Shown here piece by piece: positions 6,398 through 13,752 of a stretch of 24,000 nucleotides of DNA. Every line of letters starts with the position of its first letter. Positions within the stretch are counted from its first letter, which is position 1. The notes under the pieces were generated by a model that saw only the letters and a program-made list of their open reading frames with translations, did no database searches and was not told the DNA's origin. The DNA comes from Burkholderiales bacterium. GTDB taxonomy: Bacteria; Pseudomonadota; Gammaproteobacteria; Acidiferrobacterales; Sulfurifustaceae. The position numbers were made by a program, and so were the translations under genes. The stretch is taken from the NCBI GenBank assembly GCA_036396275.1, contig DASWLD010000099.1, positions 1 to 24,000 on the forward strand, given 5' to 3'.

Positions 6398-7090
6398 ATG
6401 GACCTTGAAACACTGCGCCAAGCATTGAGCCAACCGAGCCTCGCGGCGATCGGCGTCGGCTTTCTTGCCGGTTTCGTCTTCAGCTTCAACACCGTCGCGA
6501 TCGCCTCGATCCCGGTCACGCTCGCCTATGTCACCAAGGCGCGCGAACCGCGGCGCGCGGTTTGGCTCGGCGGTGCGTTCATCCTCGGACTGCTCGTGAC
6601 ACACGTCGTGCTCGGCGTCGCCGCGGCGCTCGGGGGCGACTGGGTGACGAACGTCATGGGCCGCGGCTGGGACCTCGTGCTCGGTCCGATTCTGATTTTT
6701 CTCGGACTCCTGTGGCCGGGGTGGATCAAGATTCGGCTACCGTGGTTCGCGCTGCGCGGGCAAGTCGTGTCCGGCGCTTGGGGCGCGTTCCTTCTGGCGA
6801 TTCCGTTCTCGATCGCGATCTGCCCGTTCTGCACGCCGGCGCTGCTCATCATGCTGACCGTGGCGGCCGGCATCGCGTCCGTACCGTTCGGCTTCGCGCT
6901 GCTGCTCGCCTTCGGCCTGGGACGCGCGGTGCCGATCGCACTTGGCGCCGCGAGCGTCGGCTGGCTTGAGTCGTTCAAGGTGTTGACGCGCTGGCAAAAG
7001 ACGTTCGAAATCGCCGGCGCGCTGTTACTTATCGCGAGCGGGATGTATCTCATTAGCGACTACTACGCGCCGATGGTCGGGCCGCAATGA
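6398..7090 (+). CDS. DsbD/CcdA-family transmembrane protein, non-canonical cysteines (CPFC in one helix)
   Basis: 230 aa, polytopic. Aligns with the in-window CcdA (17151), but the TM1 Cys position is Val (FSFNTVAIASIP) and the TM4 region reads IAICPFCTPALL. Confidence 0.85.
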   Translation: MDLETLRQALSQPSLAAIGVGFLAGFVFSFNTVAIASIPVTLAYVTKAREPRRAVWLGGAFILGLLVTHVVLGVAAALGGDWVTNVMGRGWDLVLGPILIFLGLLWPGWIKIRLPWFALRGQVVSGAWGAFLLAIPFSIAICPFCTPALLIMLTVAAGIASVPFGFALLLAFGLGRAVPIALGAASVGWLESFKVLTRWQKTFEIAGALLLIASGMYLISDYYAPMVGPQ

Positions 7091-7123
7091 CGCGCGGATC
7101 GACGTCATGAAACCGAAGCACGG

Positions 7124-7561
7124 ATGAGCGCATACCGCATCGGCCAGGTGACCGCCGCACTCGGATTGAGCGCGGACACGCTACGCTACTACGAGAAAAT
7201 CGGCCTGTTGCCGCGAGTGTCCCGCGCCGGCTCCGGCGTGCGCGTTTACGATGACAACGACCTGTCGCGGTTGCGTTTCATTCAGCGCGCGCAAAAGATG
7301 GATTTCTCGCTCACGGAAATCGGAATGCTGTTGCAAATGCGCGTCGCGCCGCAACGCGCACGGCAAAACGTGCGCGCCCTGGCGGCAAGGAAACTCGCCG
7401 AAATTGAAAGCCGCCTCAAGGATCTGACGCAACTGCGCCGCGAACTCAAGCTGCTGATCGATCTGTGTGCCGGGCTCAAGGGTGGATGCCCCATTATTCG
7501 ACGGATAAACGGCTCGCAATCCCATGGAACAAACGCGGGTCGCGCGCGGGCGGCAAGATAA
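7124..7561 (+). CDS. MerR-family regulator, CueR-like (monovalent-metal type)
   Basis: 145 aa. HTH YRIGQVTAALGLSADTLRYYEKIGLL, a dimerisation helix, and the metal loop DLCAGLKGGCPII (C-x6-C). No Cys at the position of MerR/ZntR Cys79. Confidence 0.9.
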   Translation: MSAYRIGQVTAALGLSADTLRYYEKIGLLPRVSRAGSGVRVYDDNDLSRLRFIQRAQKMDFSLTEIGMLLQMRVAPQRARQNVRALAARKLAEIESRLKDLTQLRRELKLLIDLCAGLKGGCPIIRRINGSQSHGTNAGRARAAR

Positions 7562-7591
7562 GAGCATGACCGCGAGCCGCAAAGCCGTTGC

Positions 7592-7621
7592 TTGTCGCTC
7601 GCAGGGATTGGCGGCTACAAT
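7592..7621 (+). promoter_or_regulatory. Possible sigma70-type promoter (TTGTCG-18 nt-TACAAT)
   Basis: Hexamers at 7592-7597 and 7616-7621, downstream of the regulator gene and upstream of the next + strand genes. Sequence match only. Confidence 0.25.
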
Positions 7622-8032
7622 TCACGACATGAGCGCTGGACGCGAGATTTTCTCTTGAATTGGCTGCGGGCACGCCGGCGTTACATCGTCACCATCGCCG
7701 CACTCGCGATAGTGTCGTTGGCGATGGTTCGCTACGCATGTCCATGGCCGCTCGACGTATCCGACGCGTCGGCCGCCGTGGCGCAAGCGCCCGCGTCGCC
7801 GATGTCCGCAAGTCAGCCCTGCGGCCATGAGAACTGCACGTACACCGACAGCAACCATGCGGCGCCCGATCAAACGCTGCTGACGATATTATTCGCGCCG
7901 TTGTGGGTCGCGGTGTTTTTCTTCGCGGCGGCCGCCATCCCGCTCGCGGCAATGGCGTCATGGCGCGCGCGTACCTTCCCGCGGCTTCCCGGCTATCCCC
8001 CCATCCTCGAGTTCTATCGCCTGCGTATTTGA
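7592..8032 (+). CDS. Small hypothetical Cys/His-containing membrane protein (start uncertain)
   Basis: ORF with GC-rich third positions and two hydrophobic helices. Contains ACPWP and CGHENC, with C-terminus PRLPGYPPILEFYRLRI. The TTG 7592 start has no RBS and overlaps the putative promoter. In-frame alternatives are TTG 7655 and ATG 7724. Confidence 0.35.
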   Translation: MSLAGIGGYNSRHERWTRDFLLNWLRARRRYIVTIAALAIVSLAMVRYACPWPLDVSDASAAVAQAPASPMSASQPCGHENCTYTDSNHAAPDQTLLTILFAPLWVAVFFFAAAAIPLAAMASWRARTFPRLPGYPPILEFYRLRI

Positions 8033-8080
8033 AACCCCCGGTTTGACGTTTCTTTCGATCTGTCAAAACGGAGGTTCCCT

Positions 8081-8791
8081 GTGGTTGTCGCATTTCCTTA
8101 CATGCGTCGCGCGCCCATTGAGGTAGCGCGGTCGCGGTTGCTCCTCGTCGTCGGCCTTGCGCTGGCAGTGTCGGCGCCGCCGCTCGCGGCACATTCGCTG
8201 AAGGACGTGGAGTCCGATCTACATCGCGACGAGCACTACGCGCAGTTCGTCGACATGCCGGCACCGGAATTTCGCCTGATCGATCTCGCCGGCAAGCCGG
8301 CCAGCCTCGGCGATCTCAGGGGGAAAGTCGTCGTGCTGAATTTCATCTACGCGCGCTGCACCGACGTCTGTCCGCTGCACATGAACCTAATTGCCCGCTT
8401 GCAGTCCATGGTTAACGCCGCTCACATGAGCGAACAAGTGCGATTCATCACGATCGCGACCGATACCGAAGACGCGAAAGCCACACGCAAGATCATGGCC
8501 ACCTATGCCAAGACCTACCGTCTCGATACGCGCAACTGGCGGTTCCTGTATCGTGCCGATGCCGCGCGGGCGGACACGACGCAGCGCGTGGCTGAAACCT
8601 ACGGGCTTAAGTTCACCGTCGCCGGCGCCGGTGTGCAGATGCACGGGGTGGTCACCCACGTCATCGACCAGACCGGGCAACTGCGGGCGCGTTTTCACGG
8701 ATTGAAGTTCGAGCCGGTGCACTTGGTGACGTACGTCAGCGCGCTGGTCAAGGACGATCACGGCATGGACTCGGCGAGGCGTGGATCATGA
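8081..8791 (+). CDS. SCO1/SenC-family copper chaperone / thiol-disulfide oxidoreductase
   Basis: GTG 8081 with GGAGG 6 nt upstream. Signal/anchor sequence, CTDVCP (CxxxC) and a downstream His (VVTHVIDQTG). Confidence 0.9.
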   Translation: MVVAFPYMRRAPIEVARSRLLLVVGLALAVSAPPLAAHSLKDVESDLHRDEHYAQFVDMPAPEFRLIDLAGKPASLGDLRGKVVVLNFIYARCTDVCPLHMNLIARLQSMVNAAHMSEQVRFITIATDTEDAKATRKIMATYAKTYRLDTRNWRFLYRADAARADTTQRVAETYGLKFTVAGAGVQMHGVVTHVIDQTGQLRARFHGLKFEPVHLVTYVSALVKDDHGMDSARRGS

Positions 8792-9645
8792 CCGCCGCGT
8801 CGCGATATAAAGTCAGTACTTTCTGGATCGTTATTGCCGCCGCGAGCCTGCTGGCAAATGTCGCGGCGCGCGCGGCGGAACCGATCGTCGCGCTCGCTTC
8901 CGGCGGCGACGTTGACACCGTTTTTATCGCGCGGGCGAATGCACTTTATCGCGGCGATGACGCCGGCCGACGGTGGACGCGCGTCGCGCTGCCCGCCGAG
9001 ATTCGAGACGGCGCTATCGCCACGCTCGCGGCGCCGGCCAAGCGCCAGGGCGTGCTGTATCTGGCCGGTCCCGGGTTCGGCGTGTGGCACAGCGCCGATG
9101 GCGGCCGGAGCTGGGTGGCGCGCAACAACGGGCTGCCGAGCCTCGACGTCGCCGCACTCGCCGCGCATGCGGATCAACCCGATACGCTCTATACCTATGT
9201 CCCGGGCAAGGGCGTCTTCCGCAGCGAAGACGCGGGCGCGCGCTGGAAGTGGATCGACAACGGACCGCGCGGTCCCATCGGACAGTTCATCCATTCGAAC
9301 ATGCCGGGGAGCATGCAGACCGGCTGGCTGTTTGCCGCAACGCCGAAAGGCGTCAGTCGCTCGATGGATTGTTTTTGTCTCTGGCAGGACGCGGGCGGGC
9401 TGGTCGCGGCGGTGACCACTGTCGCCTACGATCCGCGCGAGCCGAAGCATGTCTATGCGGCGACGGCCAAGGGACTGTTGCTCAGCACCGATGGCGGAGA
9501 GGAGTGGACGCTGCTGAGCGCACCCGCTTCTCGCATTACCGCGCTGGCGGTATCGCCGACCGGCACGGTGTTCCTCGGCACCGCCGACGGCGGGTTGTAT
9601 CGCAGTAACGACCAAGCGAAATCCTGGGAGCGGGTCGATGCGTAG
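8788..9645 (+). CDS. BNR/Asp-box repeat beta-propeller protein, secreted
   Basis: ATGA overlap with SCO1. Signal peptide. Asp-boxes SADGGRSW, SEDAGARW, STDGGEEW, SNDQAKSW and GDDAGRRW. Contains an MDCFCLW motif. Confidence 0.85.
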   Translation: MTAASRYKVSTFWIVIAAASLLANVAARAAEPIVALASGGDVDTVFIARANALYRGDDAGRRWTRVALPAEIRDGAIATLAAPAKRQGVLYLAGPGFGVWHSADGGRSWVARNNGLPSLDVAALAAHADQPDTLYTYVPGKGVFRSEDAGARWKWIDNGPRGPIGQFIHSNMPGSMQTGWLFAATPKGVSRSMDCFCLWQDAGGLVAAVTTVAYDPREPKHVYAATAKGLLLSTDGGEEWTLLSAPASRITALAVSPTGTVFLGTADGGLYRSNDQAKSWERVDA

Positions 9646-10096
9646 TCTTGTATCAGTAGCCTGCATCGTACTGGCGGCCGGCGTGGCACCGGCGCATGCC
9701 GGTAACGATACGCCGGTTGCGCCAAACTCCGAGCAGGCCGCATCCGGGCGCGCCATCTATCAAACGTATTGCGCGTCCTGCCACGGCGCGAACGGCGAAG
9801 GGGCGCCCGCGTGGCGCGAGCGCGACGCGCGCGGCGAACTTCCACCGCCGCCGCACGATGCGCAAGGGCACGCCTGGCGGCATTCGGACGCAATGCTCTC
9901 TCGCATGATCCTGCATGGCTGGCGCGACCCGTTCAACAAGACCGAGCGCGTGACCATGCCGGCCTTTACCGGAACGATCGCGCCGCAAGAAGTTCGCTTT
10001 GTTATCGCCTATCTCAAGACGCTGTGGACGCCCGAACAGCGGCAGTTCCAACGGGAAGAGAGTCAACGGCAATCGTTCGCACCCGCGGCGCATTAG
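9638..10096 (+). CDS. Periplasmic c-type cytochrome (monohaem)
   Basis: 8-nt overlap with the previous gene. Signal peptide, CASCH haem motif, distal TMPAF. Confidence 0.88.
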   Translation: MRSLVSVACIVLAAGVAPAHAGNDTPVAPNSEQAASGRAIYQTYCASCHGANGEGAPAWRERDARGELPPPPHDAQGHAWRHSDAMLSRMILHGWRDPFNKTERVTMPAFTGTIAPQEVRFVIAYLKTLWTPEQRQFQREESQRQSFAPAAH

Positions 10097-10129
10097 CAGA
10101 AGAGGATTGTCCAACGAGGTACTGACATT

Positions 10130-11095
10130 ATGAAACCGGAAACCCAGAATAAGTTGGCCATCACGGTCGTGGTCGCCGCGGTCGTCGTGGCGGCCGCCGC
10201 GCTCATCATGGTGATGCGCATGTCATATCCACCCGATGAGGCGCGCGTCATGCGGTTGATCGAGCAGCAGCTGGCGAAACAAGACGGCTCGGCGGCCGTG
10301 CCCGCACTCACTGAAGCGCGCGTGGTGCGACTGATCGAGGAGCGCCTGCCGGCGATGGAATCCGCCGGCAAGGGAATAAGCGAAGCCCGGTTGAAGAAAC
10401 TCATCGATGAACGGCTGGCGGGGAAGAGCGCCTTGCCGGACAAGGAATTCGAAGCGCGTGTGGAAAAAGGCATCGTCGCCTTCATCGAGAAGCAGCGGCG
10501 CGCGGAACAGGAGCGGCCGAACCAACTCGCGCGCAACCTACCGCGACCGAACAAAAGCGATCATATTTACGGGAATCCCACCGCCCCGGTGACGCTCATC
10601 GAGTACTCCGACTTCGAGTGCCCGTTCTGCAAGCGCTTTCACGACAGCGTCAAGCAAGTCGTCGACGCGTCCAAGGGCCAAGTGAAGTGGGTGTATCGCC
10701 ACTTCCCGATCGAGCAGCTTCATCCGGTCAAGGCGCGCAAGGAAGCGGTCGCCGCCGAATGCGCCGGCGAGCTCGGCGGCCACGATGCCTTCTGGAAGTT
10801 CGCCGATCGGTTTTTCGAGTTGACGCCGTCGAACAATCGCACCGACGTCGACACCGTGCTGCCGCAGATCGCCCGAGAAATTGGGCTTGACGAGAAGCAG
10901 TTCGCCTCGTGCGTCGCCAGCGGCAGGCACGACCAGCGCATCGACAAGGACATCCGCGACGCCCAAACTTCCGGCGCGAACGGCACGCCGTGGAGCGTGA
11001 TCGTGTCGAAGGGCGGCAAAACCTACGTGCTCTCGGGCGCGCAGCCGCAGGCGGCGATCAAGCAGCTCACCGAATTGGCGCTACAGGAGAAGTAG
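10130..11095 (+). CDS. DsbA-family thiol:disulfide oxidoreductase, membrane-anchored, with repeat-containing linker
   Basis: 321 aa. N-terminal TM, then EARVMRLIEQQL / EARVVRLIEERL / EARLKKLIDERL / FEARVEKGIVAFIEKQ repeats, then a thioredoxin-fold domain with the active site FECPFCKRF. Confidence 0.9.
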   Translation: MKPETQNKLAITVVVAAVVVAAAALIMVMRMSYPPDEARVMRLIEQQLAKQDGSAAVPALTEARVVRLIEERLPAMESAGKGISEARLKKLIDERLAGKSALPDKEFEARVEKGIVAFIEKQRRAEQERPNQLARNLPRPNKSDHIYGNPTAPVTLIEYSDFECPFCKRFHDSVKQVVDASKGQVKWVYRHFPIEQLHPVKARKEAVAAECAGELGGHDAFWKFADRFFELTPSNNRTDVDTVLPQIAREIGLDEKQFASCVASGRHDQRIDKDIRDAQTSGANGTPWSVIVSKGGKTYVLSGAQPQAAIKQLTELALQEK

Positions 11096-11098
11096 ATC

Positions 11099-11755
11099 GT
11101 GCGCAGCTACGTCAGCGACCTGTACACCGCATTCGCCCGGGTGTTTACCCGCGCCGGGTACATCGTACTGGCGAGCGCGCTGGCGCTGGCGGCGTTTTTG
11201 TTCGCGGTGTGGTTTCCGAACTTCGCTCTGATAGGCGAGGTGTTCGGCACGCCGGACGTGGCGCTCATTGCCAAACTCCGATTCGCTCTGAGCCTACTCG
11301 GCGGCATTGCCACCAATTTTGATCTGCTGTCGGCGGGATACACCGTCGCGATCGCCGTGCTCTTCGGTATCAACACGGCCATGATCGCGTACTTGCTCAC
11401 GCAAAAACGTGTTGTCGCCGCCGGGCAGAACCTTGTCATCGGCTCGGGCGGTATGGCAACCGGCGCACTCGGTATCGGCTGCGCCGCCTGTGGCTCGCTC
11501 GTTTTCACCACGGTGCTGTCCTCGTTCGGCGCCGCGAGTGCCGTCGCTCTGCTGCCGTGGCAAGGCGAGGAGTTCGGAATTCTCGGTGCCGCGCTGCTTC
11601 TGGTATCGGTGTCGCTGATGAGCCGCAAGATCGCCGCGCCGGGCAGTTGTGAAACGCCGGCACGCGGCGTGGGGCGCACCCGCGATCGCATTGCAACACC
11701 AGTAAACGTAAAACGACTCACATTCACTCAACTCGATGAGGTAACGAAACGATGA
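11099..11755 (+). CDS. Polytopic membrane protein with intramembrane GCAAC motif (MerC-like signature)
   Basis: GTG 11099, 3 nt after the DsbA stop, with AGGAGA upstream. Several TM helices. GALGIGCAACGSLVFTTVLSSFGAASAV resembles MerC GCAACFPALASFGAA. Confidence 0.7.
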   Translation: MRSYVSDLYTAFARVFTRAGYIVLASALALAAFLFAVWFPNFALIGEVFGTPDVALIAKLRFALSLLGGIATNFDLLSAGYTVAIAVLFGINTAMIAYLLTQKRVVAAGQNLVIGSGGMATGALGIGCAACGSLVFTTVLSSFGAASAVALLPWQGEEFGILGAALLLVSVSLMSRKIAAPGSCETPARGVGRTRDRIATPVNVKRLTFTQLDEVTKR

Positions 11756-12186
11756 ACCGGCTGAGAACAACCATCCTGATTTTCGCGCTGGGCCTGTCGC
11801 TGCCCGCGTTCGCCGGCGGCATTCCGGCAAAGCTCTACAAGAATCCGAGCTGCGGCTGCTGCGGGGAGTACACGAAATATTTGGAGTCGCACGGATACCA
11901 AGTCGAGGTCATTCCCACGCGCGACATGACCGCGATCAAGAAGACAAACAAAGTGCCGCAGCCGCTCGAAGCCTGTCACACAACGTTGATCAGCGGGTAT
12001 GTGTTCGAGGGCCACGTTCCGGTGGAGACCATCAACCGCGTGCTTAAGGAGCACCCGATCATTCGTGGCGTGTCGGTGCCGGGCATGCCGGCCGGATCGC
12101 CGGGAATGACCGGAGTGAAACGGGGTCCGCTGGACGTGTACTACCTCAGCAACTCGCCCGAGCCGAAAGTGTACGAGTCGCGCTGA
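11752..12186 (+). CDS. copG: CopG-family (DUF411) periplasmic copper-binding protein
   Basis: ATGA overlap with the previous gene. Signal peptide, SCGCCGEY (CxCC), ACHTT and GMPAGSPGM, the DUF411/CopG signatures. Confidence 0.9.
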   Translation: MNRLRTTILIFALGLSLPAFAGGIPAKLYKNPSCGCCGEYTKYLESHGYQVEVIPTRDMTAIKKTNKVPQPLEACHTTLISGYVFEGHVPVETINRVLKEHPIIRGVSVPGMPAGSPGMTGVKRGPLDVYYLSNSPEPKVYESR

Positions 12187-12218
12187 CGCATCGGCGTCAC
12201 CATCACGCGGAGGATCAA

Positions 12219-12482
12219 ATGAACGCGGAGACGGAAACGGCTGTAGTACCCGCCGGGCGGCCCTGGATAAACGGACGCCGGCGTGGGTGGTGGCTCGCGG
12301 GCATTGCAATTCTGGCCGGCGTCGCCCTGGGCAGGGAATGGCTGGCGGCGATCGGGGCGTTGCCGATTTTACTTTCGCTCCTGCCGTGCGCGGCGATGTG
12401 CGCGCTCGGCTTGTGCATGAACCACCAGACCGGCGGCGCGTGCGATCAATCGAAGACGGAAACCACGGAGAAGCCGACATGA
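12219..12482 (+). CDS. Small two-TM Cys-rich protein, DUF2933-like
   Basis: GGAGGA RBS 5 nt upstream, 87 aa. GALPILLSLLPCAAMCALGLCMNH aligns with the in-window DUF2933 protein (GALPFILLALCPLLHIFGHGGHG). Confidence 0.55.
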   Translation: MNAETETAVVPAGRPWINGRRRGWWLAGIAILAGVALGREWLAAIGALPILLSLLPCAAMCALGLCMNHQTGGACDQSKTETTEKPT

Positions 12483-13168
12483 TGTGCAACAAACAGATTC
12501 TCACCTTGGTAGTGGCACTGTTTCTGGTGGCGCCCGCGTTCGGCGCGGGCGATGCCGCGCGTGGGGCAAAAGTTTTCGGCACGTGCATCGCCTGTCATTC
12601 GCTGCGAGTCGGCGAACACCTCACCGGACCGAGTCTGGCTGGCATGGTTGGCCGCCGAGCGGGAACGACCGATGGATTTGCCCGCTACTCGGAAGCGTTG
12701 CGCAAAACCGACGTGATCTGGGACGAGAAGTCGCTCGATGCGTGGATCGCCGACCCGCAGAAGTTCATCCCCGGCAACTTGATGACGTTTCGCGGCCTGC
12801 GCGACGCCGGGCAACGCGCGGATCTCATCGCATTCCTCAAGAATCCGAAGCCGGCGGCGGAGTCCGCGGGCGGTGGCATGGGCGCCATGATGGCGTCGCC
12901 GCGGCTGGAGAGCTTGCGCGCCGTCGAACCGCAAGCGCGCGTGACGGCGATTCGCTACTGCAAGGACAGCTACTTTGTCACGCTCGCCACCGGCAAGACG
13001 TTCCCGTTCTGGGAAGTCAATCTGCGCTTCAAAACGAACGGCACGCCCGACGGCCCGCCGGCCGGCAAGCCCGTGATCTTACGCGGCGGCATGCAGGGCG
13101 ACCGCGCCTCGATTGTGTTCGCGAGTCCCGATGAGATCGGGAAGTTCGTCAAAAAGCGCTGCGAATGA
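12479..13168 (+). CDS. Class I c-type cytochrome fused to an uncharacterised C-terminal domain
   Basis: ATG 12479 (ATGA overlap). The track ORF from 12287 is an upstream extension. Signal peptide, CIACH, LMTF, a Met-rich linker GGGMGAMMASP, then a ~90-aa domain with two Cys (RYC...KRCE). Confidence 0.85.
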   Translation: MMCNKQILTLVVALFLVAPAFGAGDAARGAKVFGTCIACHSLRVGEHLTGPSLAGMVGRRAGTTDGFARYSEALRKTDVIWDEKSLDAWIADPQKFIPGNLMTFRGLRDAGQRADLIAFLKNPKPAAESAGGGMGAMMASPRLESLRAVEPQARVTAIRYCKDSYFVTLATGKTFPFWEVNLRFKTNGTPDGPPAGKPVILRGGMQGDRASIVFASPDEIGKFVKKRCE

Positions 13169-13752
13169 ACAAACCGGTGCAACCCTTGGTGCCGGATCAT
13201 TTGCTACCCGCGACACACAGCCGCGCGTGGCGCGGCTACGTCGTCGCACTGGTCGTGTTTGGCGCAATCGGGATTCTCCTTGCCTACGGTCTCGGTCTCG
13301 ATCCGAAGCGCATTCCCTCGCCGCTAATCGGCAGACCGGTGCCAACGTTCGAGTTGCCGCCCGTGCAAGGCCGCACGCTCGGCCTGTCGAGCGAAAACCT
13401 CACGGGCGAGGTGTCATTGGTAAACGTCTTTGCTTCCTGGTGTGCGGCGTGCTTGGACGAGCACCCGTTATTCATGCGTCTCAAGCGCGACAACGTCGTG
13501 CCCATCCATGGGCTCAACTACAAGGACGCGCCCGATGACGCCGCCGCCTGGCTCGCGCGCCACGGCGATCCCTATACCCGCACCGGCGCCGACCGCGACG
13601 GGCGCGTCGGGATCGACTGGGGCGTCTACGGCGTGCCGGAAACCTTCGTCATCGACCGCGACAGCCGCATCGCGTACAAGTTCATCGGGCCGCTCAGCGA
13701 TAAAGACGTAAACGAAACATTGCTCCCGTTGCTGGAGAAGTTGCGCCAATGA
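13165..13752 (+). CDS. dsbE: DsbE/CcmG-type periplasmic thiol:disulfide oxidoreductase
   Basis: ATGA overlap. N-terminal anchor, WCAAC active site, GVYGVPETFVID. Confidence 0.9.
   Translation: MNKPVQPLVPDHLLPATHSRAWRGYVVALVVFGAIGILLAYGLGLDPKRIPSPLIGRPVPTFELPPVQGRTLGLSSENLTGEVSLVNVFASWCAACLDEHPLFMRLKRDNVVPIHGLNYKDAPDDAAAWLARHGDPYTRTGADRDGRVGIDWGVYGVPETFVIDRDSRIAYKFIGPLSDKDVNETLLPLLEKLRQ

Noticed and set aside
8042-8067. 6-bp inverted repeat TTTGAC...GTCAAA upstream of the SCO1 gene
   Set aside because: It is too short and unsupported to call an operator or terminator, and could arise by chance.
8758-9756. 332-aa minus-strand ORF opposite the BNR-propeller gene
   Set aside because: The + strand frame has repeated Asp-box motifs and operon coupling. 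The minus frame is compositionally biased with no recognisable features.
12287-12478. Upstream extension of the cytochrome c fusion ORF
   Set aside because: It overlaps the small Cys-rich ORF in another frame. The signal peptide begins at ATG 12479, which forms an ATGA junction.
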